From Caecitellus pseudoparvulus (lineage: Eukaryota > Protista > Bigyra: Bicosoecida): 64,000 nt of DNA. The stretch covers positions 372,001 to 436,000 of the forward strand of contig CBFFRQ010000081.1 in NCBI GenBank assembly GCA_965644315.1, given 5' to 3'. A model generated the notes under the pieces. The model was not told where the DNA came from. It worked only from the letters and a program-made list of their open reading frames with translations, and did no database searches. How positions within the stretch are numbered: position 1 is the stretch's first letter; the number at the start of each line of letters is the position of its first letter. The position numbers and the translations under genes are program-made. Below, in pieces: positions 56,380-64,000 of the stretch.

Positions 56380-59335
56380 CAGGCACTGCCCGTGGCACGG
56401 CCATGCTCTGCACCGCTGCTAGCATGTCCTCCCAGGTCACTGTGGGGGTGATGTCGGCTTGTGGCAGGCTTGCTGCCAGTGCGTGTGCGGCGGCGTTGGG
56501 CGCGGCACGAGGCAGGCGCCCCTCCAGCACTGCTGTCGTGCGATGCAGGGCGCGGGTGCCGGCGGCGGTGATGACCCCCCGGATGTCAGCGCCTGTGCAG
56601 GGCGTGGGCAGGAGGGCAGCCAGCCGCTCCGCCGTCACGTCCTGCGCCGCAGCCAGGGGTGTCAGTTGGGCGGCCACCACCTCCAGCACTTCCGCTGTGC
56701 TAGCCAGGGGCCCCACGAACACCTGGCGGTCCAGGCGCCCCGGGCGCAGCAGGGCGGCATCCAGCAAGTCAGGGCGATTGGTGGCCCCCAGCACGAAGAC
56801 GAGGGGGGGGGGCGTGGCGTCCTCCGCCCTGCCCTTGTGCCCCCGCCCCCCCAAGCCACTGATGCCGTCCAGCTCCGTCAGCAGCTGTGCGACGACGCGG
56901 TCTGAGACGCCCCCACTGTCGGCGCCTGCGCCCCGTCGCGGCGCCAGGGCGTCCAGTTCGTCGAAGAACACGACACAGGGCGCCGCAGCCCGTGCCCGTG
57001 CGAACACGCCCCGCACGTTGGCCTCGCTCTCCCCAATGTACTTGTCCAGCAGCTCGGGGCCCTTGACGGAGATGAAGGCCGCACCACACTCACCCGCCAC
57101 TGCTTTCGCCAGCAGCGTCTTGCCTGTGCCGGGCGGGCCGTGCAGCAGCACCCCTGACATACGGTGCGTCAAGGCTTTGCCTGCTGCCGCCGCTGCTACG
57201 GGCAGCGTGATCAGGCGCTGCAGCTGCGCTTTGGCCTCGTGGCATCCGCCCACATCTGCCCACCGGACTCCAGAAATGGGTGGTCCGCGACCCGCACTGC
57301 CTGCTCCCAGCACCGCCTGCCACGCCGGCTTGGTGCTGCAGGTGGGCGCCAGCGGCGAAGGGGTGCTCTGCCGCCCAGCGCTGGCGGCGAGCGCGGCAGG
57401 CAAGGCCGCCTGCAGTGCCGAGCTGGCGTCCACGCCGTTCCCGCTGCACTGAGTGAGGAGTGCCCACGCCTCCCAGGGCGTGAACTTCGTCATTTGCTCC
57501 AGAACGCTGCGTGGCAAGGGCTGGTCGCACAGCGGCGAAGCCTGCACCAGCGCACGCACGCCAGCCAGCGGCAGGATGTCGCCGTCGCTGCTCACCCAGG
57601 TGCACGGGGCAGCAGAAGTGGGGAACACGCCTTCATGGCAGGCAGAGCACGCCATCCGAACCAGCGGCTGGTGTGCGCTACCGGCGGTCGTTTCGTGGCC
57701 GCCAACGCCGCCCGTCACTTCAGGCGTCGAAGCATCGTCAGTGTCGTCGGGGAAAAACTGCCACTGCCCCTGCCCAGCACCCCCCCAGCCGCGTGCCTGG
57801 GTGTGAGGGGGGCAACACACACTGTTTGCTGGCAAGAGCACCTCTTCCCACACGCACCCTGCAAGCCAGGAGCGCGCAGTGGCCGCTTGGGCAGGTGTCG
57901 CGTTGTCGCTCAGCAGGGGCGCGTGGCCCAGCATGGCGGTCCACTCTGGCTGGCTCTGCGCCGCAGCAAAGAAGAACGCTTCGCAGTGGCGCACGTGCAG
58001 GAGGCACCGCTGCCCCTTGCTCACGAGAGCCTGCACGTGGGCCTGCAACACCGCCCCACAACGGCGCAGTGCGCTGGAGGGGGACCCTGCCGCTGACGCT
58101 GCGCTGCGCACGACCTGCCACCCACTCAACTCCAGCACTGTCGCGCCCAGCAGGGCACCAGCAGCAGCAAGAATGGTGCGCTTGCCACAGGCTGGTGGCG
58201 CGACGAACGTGCTGATTGCCGCCGGCGCCCCGCTCACAGCACGGAACGCGGCGTTCGCGCTGCCGCTCCAGGACAGCAGTGGCGGTGCAAGGGGAGCCCG
58301 TGGGCAGGGTGCAGCCGCCAGCGGGACGGCGGCGCCTGAGTCAGAGCTTTGCAGCGTCAGTGTGGAGAAGCCTTGCACCACCAGTGCTGCCGGCGTCGGG
58401 AGCGTGCTGGCAGGGGCAGTGCTTGCATGTGGTGGCGCGACACGGGAGGTGCTGGGCAAGGTGCCCTGCCCCGGCGCCGCCAAGGAAATGACTCGGAAGA
58501 AAACCACGCCCCCCCCAGCGTGTTCTTCGTACACATTCCGCCCTGCCTGGTGCAGCTGCAGGGGTGGCGCTGCCGCTAGGGCGCTCGTGTCAGTGTCTTT
58601 CCGCTTCTCACCTGGCGTGCCACTGCCATGCGGCACGTGGATGCCCACCACCTGCCCCACACACAGCAGGCGCGGCTGCGCGAACCAACTGGACAGCGCC
58701 GATGCAAGGTCCAGGCTCTGCAGTGCACTGGGTGGGGCGCCGGGGCGCTGGGCGGGGTGAACGTGGCGCTGGGGTCCCGGCATGCTGGGCAGAGCGGCCA
58801 GGCATGCCTGTGCGGCGGGGGGGGGCATGAGGGCCCCTCCCCCTGCAGAGGGCAGGGGGCAGCCGACCAGGTGCAGGTGGGAGGCAGCCAGTGCGGGGGC
58901 GACCCACGTGGGGGGCTCCGGCGCTAGCGCCAGCGCCAGCGAGGCCAGGCGCAGGGGGGTGCAGGCTGGCGTGGACAGGGCCCACGCCGTGCCCAGGTCT
59001 GGCACCTGCACGTGCTTGGCGGCGCCGAGTGCTGCTGCAGCCAGGGAACCACTGAGGTCCAGGGCTGCCGCACAGCCGGGCGAAAGCAGGACGCTGCCGG
59101 GCGGCAGGCCAGCCGGCACAATGCGCACCTCGGCCACGAGCAGGCGTGTCGCGTGCTCCAGCACGCCGTACAGCGCATCATCGGGTGAGAGGCTGGCGGG
59201 ACGCAGGGTCACTGCCAGGGAGGAGGGCACCCACGCCACCGCGCTCTGCCTCCATGGCCCGACAGCCTGGGCGAGTGCCCACGCCTGCAGGGGTGCATGC
59301 GGAATTTGGGCGCCGCCACCAGGCGCACCTTCCAT
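56294..59335 (-). CDS. PEX6: Peroxisomal AAA+ ATPase Pex6
   Basis: D2 domain [99 protein letters not shown]1 is degenerate. Confidence 0.9.
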   Translation of the reverse strand: MEGAPGGGAQIPHAPLQAWALAQAVGPWRQSAVAWVPSSLAVTLRPASLSPDDALYGVLEHATRLLVAEVRIVPAGLPPGSVLLSPGCAAALDLSGSLAAAALGAAKHVQVPDLGTAWALSTPACTPLRLASLALALAPEPPTWVAPALAASHLHLVGCPLPSAGGGALMPPPAAQACLAALPSMPGPQRHVHPAQRPGAPPSALQSLDLASALSSWFAQPRLLCVGQVVGIHVPHGSGTPGEKRKDTDTSALAAAPPLQLHQAGRNVYEEHAGGGVVFFRVISLAAPGQGTLPSTSRVAPPHASTAPASTLPTPAALVVQGFSTLTLQSSDSGAAVPLAAAPCPRAPLAPPLLSWSGSANAAFRAVSGAPAAISTFVAPPACGKRTILAAAGALLGATVLELSGWQVVRSAASAAGSPSSALRRCGAVLQAHVQALVSKGQRCLLHVRHCEAFFFAAAQSQPEWTAMLGHAPLLSDNATPAQAATARSWLAGCVWEEVLLPANSVCCPPHTQARGWGGAGQGQWQFFPDDTDDASTPEVTGGVGGHETTAGSAHQPLVRMACSACHEGVFPTSAAPCTWVSSDGDILPLAGVRALVQASPLCDQPLPRSVLEQMTKFTPWEAWALLTQCSGNGVDASSALQAALPAALAASAGRQSTPSPLAPTCSTKPAWQAVLGAGSAGRGPPISGVRWADVGGCHEAKAQLQRLITLPVAAAAAGKALTHRMSGVLLHGPPGTGKTLLAKAVAGECGAAFISVKGPELLDKYIGESEANVRGVFARARAAAPCVVFFDELDALAPRRGAGADSGGVSDRVVAQLLTELDGISGLGGRGHKGRAEDATPPPLVFVLGATNRPDLLDAALLRPGRLDRQVFVGPLASTAEVLEVVAAQLTPLAAAQDVTAERLAALLPTPCTGADIRGVITAAGTRALHRTTAVLEGRLPRAAPNAAAHALAASLPQADITPTVTWEDMLAAVQSMAVPRAVPVSCSEQEPQRAELGSAAPATPPRSVHKA

Positions 59336-59475
59336 AGTCCACGCGGGGCAGTTGTCACTCTGCAGCAAACTCAATCACGCGCCAACTCCTCCCTGCAATC
59401 CGCTCTCGTGCGCTTCTTTTGCCGTGCCGCACCAACTGTCCACCGAGCCCCGCCTAGCCGCCAACAGGTGTCACC

Positions 59476-60048
59476 ATGAAGACCGGCTTCCTCGCCATCC
59501 TGGCCCTGGCCGTCATGGCCGTGCTTGGCTCCGCCAACACAGTCACACTCACCACCGACAACTTCGAGAGCTCCATCGAGGGTGTGTGCGGCTCTGCGTC
59601 GCGCGGCGGCGCTGCTCGTGGCGAACGCTGCGCACCACGCCAAGGCGCCACGTTGCAACACGACTGCGCCTCGCTCCCTTCACGTCAGCTGGCGGTGTGT
59701 GGATGGTGAAGTTCTACGCACCTGTGAGTGGCACCTGTCTGCGTGCGATGTGCGCGGGCACGGCTGCATTGCCCCACGACACACGCTCGCTCCTCGCAGT
59801 GGTGCGGGCACTGCAAGCGCCTGGCTCCCACGTGGGAGAAGCTGGCCGACGAGGTGGCAGACAACGAGGGCGTGCATGTGGCCAAGGTGGACTGCACCAC
59901 CCAGCGTGATGTGTGCTCCGCCCAGGGCGTGCGTGGGTACCCCACCCTGAAGCTGTTCACCGGCGGCGACGCCAGCAACGGCAAGAAGTACGCCGGCAGC
60001 CGGGACCTGGCCAGCCTCAAGGACTACCTCGCCACCCACTCCGAGTGA
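59476..60048 (+). CDS. Secretory single-domain PDI-type thioredoxin
   Basis: Signal peptide MKTGFLAILALAVMAVLGSA. Three exons give VTLTTDNF..|GVWMVKFYAP|WCGHCKRLAPTW..VAKVDCT..VRGYPTL. Confidence 0.9.
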
Positions 60049-60092
60049 GCCCCTCCCCCGGGCAGCAGCGCAATGCACCTGCAGCCGCCGCA

Positions 60093-61619
60093 TCAGTCCT
60101 CCTCGAAGCCCGTCGTGTCCTTCACCGTGCCGGGTTCGTCGTAGTTCAGCCGGGCAGCCTCGGGGCCGCGAGGCTGGCCGAGCTTGCGCACGGGCGCCGC
60201 ACCAACCCCGCCCCGTCCCCGCCGTGCCGCCCCCGTGCTGTACCCTGCGTCCAGAGCAAAGTCCGCCCACAAGGCGGCGTTTTCATCTGCCTGCTCCCCC
60301 CGCAGCTGCGCGTCCACGTGCTTGTCCACCTTGGCAGCGAACACCTTGTTCATGGCGCGCTTGTTGCGGAGCAGGGCGCGGTACTGCTCCGTCGTCATCT
60401 TGTCCCGCGCGACGGCCTGCTTGATTTGCTGCAGGCGGAGGGAGGCCAGGAAGGCGGCCTCCTCCACCTGCTCTGGGGCGATGGGGGGGAAGTACCGGAA
60501 GTCCTCGCTGGACACCTGCAGGGGCACGTGCGGGACGTCCAGCGCCCGCCAACTGACTGCCTCCCAGTCCACGCCGAAGAACCAGGAGTGCTCCATGATG
60601 CCAGCCGGCGTCTTGAGCCGCCGCGTGAGGGCGGGGTTCAGCAGGCGGCGGACGAAGTCCCGGCAGTCGGCCGTGAGGCGCAGCCAGGGCACGGGCAGAG
60701 CCTGCTTCTGTGTCGCACGAATGGCCGTGTAGATGGCGTAGGGCGACGAGGCGAGGGACACGCCGAAGGGCCGCTGCCCCGTCAGCAGGTGGTACGCCAT
60801 GCACCCCATGCTCCACCAGTCCACGGAGTTGGTGTAGCCGTTGAGGTTGGAGTCGCGGTGGAGGAGTTCTGGGGCACTGGAAGTGCGAGCTGGGACAGAG
60901 CTGTAGGCACGGCCGTCCCGCGTCGCGCGGATGCTGCAGCTGAAGTCCACGAGGGCCAAGTGCCCCTCCCGGTCCACACACACATCCTCCAACTTCAAGT
61001 CCCGCAGAATGATGTTCTTGGCATGGATACCACGCAGCATGACCACCAGCTCTGCCATGTAGAACTTCACTTCATCCTCGTCCAAGTACCCCGCCTCGCG
61101 CTGCTGCAGCACCTGCAACAGCGTGTTGCCGGGCTGGTAGTCCATGGCGATGAACGCCATGCGGTCTGTCTGGGCACAGCCGCGGTACTTGACGATGAAC
61201 GGCAGGTCCTGGCACTCCACCAGCATGTCCTGTGAGCCAGTGGGGGGGGGGGGGGGTCAGTTGACGGCAGGAGACGGCACTCGAGCCGGCCGCAGGCACC
61301 TCACCCGCTCCCGGGTGAACTTGATTGCTTGCACGCAGCTCTTGTACACAGACTTGACCGCGAGGTACTGTGGGGAACCATCCTCGTTCTTGCGTTTCTT
61401 GTGTTTCATGAGCTGCACAAAGCCATCCAGCCCCACGCCCAGGATGCGAACTGGCGCCAATGACTCAATGTAGTCCAGCGTGTATGGGACTTGCCACGGG
61501 AACTCGTACACCTTGCTGTCCTTGGCCAGCTGTGCCTCCTGCAGCGCCTCCACATCCTCCGCAGACAGTTCCTTGATGTCCATGAAGTATGTTGTCGTCT
61601 TGAAGCAGGCAGCCCCCAT
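60093..61619 (-). CDS. AGC-like kinase with atypical catalytic motifs
   Basis: MGAAC N-terminus; LGVGLDGFV, LAVKS, RER|DML (one intron about 61232-61304), VKFYMAEL, LRDLKLED, DFS, SSAPE, VDWWSMG, WFFGVDW, EDFRYF. Confidence 0.85.
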
Positions 61620-61971
61620 CCTGGGCACTGGGCTCTGCAGGCTGGCTACAGAAACGCCGGCGCACGAAACGCAACCAGTGCTGGCAGGAATGGCGCCGCG
61701 CAAGCTGCCGTCAGGGACCCTGTGCCAAGCGCGACCGCGTGGGAACTTGATGTCAAGGTGAAGGCACGGACACTGGCAGTGGCGACGGGGTTGCGGTGCC
61801 TAACACGCTGCAGGCCTGGCTGGCACAGGGACGGCGTGCCTCGACAGTCCAGTGCAGGGCAGAGCGCGGGGCGATCGCTGAAAGGTGGCCCTTGGGAGTG
61901 CAGCTAGAGTGCATTTTATTGATACTGCTTGCAGCGCTGCAAGTGCTGTCGTTGCTTAAGAGGGGCGAGAC

Positions 61972-64000
61972 TCAGACTGCCAAGTTGGGCAGGAAGCCGT
62001 ACTCCGTGAGCAGGTTCTGCGCCACGAACACGCCATACAGGAGGAACATAGCAAAGCCCAGCGCTTTCGTCATGCGCCAGCCGTACGCGACGATGGTGAT
62101 GACCACCGCCAGCAGCATGATGAAGAGGACGATGACGGACGTGAACAGGCCGTCTGCCTGCACGACCTTGGCCTGCCCCATGTGCGCGAAGGACCACAGC
62201 AGCCAGGGAATGGGCAAGCCAATGGTGACATCGAAGATGTTGGAGCCAATGGACGACGAGACGGCCATGTCCCCGAGGCCCTTGCGTGCCACTGCCACCG
62301 AGGACAGGAGGTCCGGCACGGAGGTGCCTGCAGCGAGGAAGGTGAGCCCCATGACCTCGGAAGGAATGCCCAGCACAAGCCCAAACATCTCAGCCCACCA
62401 CACCATCCAGTACGAGAAGAAACCAATCCATAGAATGCTCATGAGGAAGGTGAGGGTGAAGTGCGGCCGCATACGGCGCTTGTGCGCTGGTTTGGCCAGC
62501 TCAGTGGCTGTGAAGGGAGCTGGGTCTGGAATGGTGTACCACAAGGCAGCCTTGAGGGGCAAGCTCGCGACATGGTAGGTCAGCTTCAAGGCGTACAGGA
62601 AACGCTGCGTGCCGGTTGCTTGGCGTGCTGTAACGTCTTGTCGCGTGATGGGCAACTTTGCTTCTCCGGCGTCGCCTCCGACGTCTTCCTCGTCGTCATC
62701 GTCAAACAGACTCGGCCACTCCCAGAAGTCCGTGGGGAGCCCCTCTGGGATTTCATCCTCCTCCTCCCCTTCTTCCTCTCCTGCCGCTGAAGCAGCCATG
62801 TCAGCTGGTGCTTGTGTCTTGCCTTCGGCAGAGCCTGGAGCTGCGTGACTGGGGGCGGGCTCACCGCCAGCCAGGCCATCGTCTTGGCCTACATGTGCCG
62901 GCACTGCTTCATGCACAACAGGCGAGGCTTGAAGTGCAAAGCCTGACCCTTGAGAGCTAGGCGCTGGCCCTGCCTTGCTTCCGAGAGGCACAACTCGTGC
63001 TGACCTTTGCCCTGCCGACTTCAGGGGAGCCGCAGGGTGGCCAGCGTCGCTGACAACGGAGTTCGTCGGGAGGGCCGCTGGCTGCTGGTCGTCTGCGGCG
63101 AGAGTGCCCTGACCATCATGCTGGTCAGCTTCAAAGGCACCCAGTGCTGTAACTTCGCCCTCGGGAAAGGTGAACGTGCTGCCGTCTTCCATTTCCACAC
63201 CAACAGTCCCGTTCCCTGTGCGGGCATCCACGCTCCAGGACACCACGGCGCCCCTGCCACGCGCCGTGACAACAACTTTGCCCAGGCGAGGGCGCCCCTG
63301 CTCCAGCACGTTGCTGGTCACAAGGCGAGCAGCAACCTTGAAGCGCGCAAGGGCCAGCTGTTTCAGCGTCTGCTGCAGTGCTCCCGTGGCGGCTTCATCT
63401 TGGCTGGCGAGCGCTTGAGCCCGCACGACAGCCATGCGCTTCGCCAGGAGTTGCAGTCGTATCTTGAATGCTGCCTCGGCAAAGTTCCCCATGCCCTGCA
63501 GCCTCACAAGAGTGCGTGTGCGGGGTGAAGTGCCGGGGTCCGCGGGGACACGGGCAGGCTCGGTTTCAGTGTCCAGGCCCGGTTTCGGAGTGGGCGCCTC
63601 GGCTGCCTTGTCCACCCACTTGCTCAGAAAGTCCTTAAAGCCGTGTTGCTTTGCGTATGCGATGGTGGCCGCTCGTAGGTCATCCGGTGCGGTCGGCCAT
63701 AGAATGCCTGGCAGGCGCACAGTGCACCACGCAGCCCACTCCTCGTTCTTGAACATGATGCCAATGTACACCGTGTACGAGAGGAACATAATGAGGGATT
63801 CGTACCACTCAATACGCCGGTCGGCAAAGGAGGCGACGAGGATGAGCAGGGTGAGGCTGTAGTACAGGGAATCCCGGAACAGTGGCCAGGCAGTGAGGGC
63901 GAGGACGCTGTCTGCCGGGTTCTTGGGGTTCTTGGACATCAACGCGCACATGCCAATGACGAAGAGGACGTTGAAGACGGCTGAGCCGACGATGGTGCCG
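61972..64000 (-). CDS. K+-dependent Na+/Ca2+ exchanger (NCKX/SLC24 family), 5' part outside the window
   Basis: Alpha-1 repeat [30 protein letters not shown] and alpha-2 repeat [29 protein letters not shown]. Confidence 0.95.
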   Translation of the reverse strand, partial: GTIVGSAVFNVLFVIGMCALMSKNPKNPADSVLALTAWPLFRDSLYYSLTLLILVASFADRRIEWYESLIMFLSYTVYIGIMFKNEEWAAWCTVRLPGILWPTAPDDLRAATIAYAKQHGFKDFLSKWVDKAAEAPTPKPGLDTETEPARVPADPGTSPRTRTLVRLQGMGNFAEAAFKIRLQLLAKRMAVVRAQALASQDEAATGALQQTLKQLALARFKVAARLVTSNVLEQGRPRLGKVVVTARGRGAVVSWSVDARTGNGTVGVEMEDGSTFTFPEGEVTALGAFEADQHDGQGTLAADDQQPAALPTNSVVSDAGHPAAPLKSAGQRSARVVPLGSKAGPAPSSQGSGFALQASPVVHEAVPAHVGQDDGLAGGEPAPSHAAPGSAEGKTQAPADMAASAAGEEEGEEEDEIPEGLPTDFWEWPSLFDDDDEEDVGGDAGEAKLPITRQDVTARQATGTQRFLYALKLTYHVASLPLKAALWYTIPDPAPFTATELAKPAHKRRMRPHFTLTFLMSILWIGFFSYWMVWWAEMFGLVLGIPSEVMGLTFLAAGTSVPDLLSSVAVARKGLGDMAVSSSIGSNIFDVTIGLPIPWLLWSFAHMGQAKVVQADGLFTSVIVLFIMLLAVVITIVAYGWRMTKALGFAMFLLYGVFVAQNLLTEYGFLPNLAV

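Noticed and set aside
57700-58250. Degenerate first AAA domain in Pex6
   Set aside because: An inactive D1 ring is the normal state for Pex6.
60030-60095. Hidden intron giving the thioredoxin an HDEL-like end (gtgagc after HSE)
   Set aside because: No nearby acceptor yields a retrieval signal before the convergent kinase gene.
1-64000. tRNA, rRNA or endogenous viral/virophage genes
   Set aside because: None recognised by eye, and there is no AT-rich island. A covariance-model or HMM search was not possible.

Overview
A gene-dense, GC-rich eukaryotic nuclear region with short GT-AG introns. BBS4, a mitochondrial carrier and PEX6 point to a flagellated aerobic protist. A heterotrophic stramenopile flagellate is a guess from composition and gene style, not something the sequence proves. 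Most of the window (17-64 kb) is tightly packed housekeeping genes: CSN6, bL28m, XPA, a class IV aminotransferase-GNAT fusion, beta'-COP, a WNK kinase, Nse4, SNAPC1, TTC5, IWS1, BBS4, phosphate carrier, a GT69/CAP59-like glycosyltransferase, PEX6, a thioredoxin, an atypical AGC kinase and NCKX. The outstanding feature lies at about 5.3-17.4 kb, between an FGD/frabin-like RhoGEF gene and CSN6. It is a four-unit tandem array of intronless genes encoding 38-aa (114-bp) ankyrin-like repeats, with 15, 10, 5 and 12 units. Variation concentrates at the positions expected to form the binding surface. The genes are mosaics of one another. They are separated by near-identical captured 3' pieces of the RhoGEF gene and by remnants of the CSN6 last exon. 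The layout is variable cassettes between homogenised host-derived anchors, consistent with a recombination-driven, diversifying binder locus. Its function is untested. All annotation is from manual reading and motif recognition; no database search was run.
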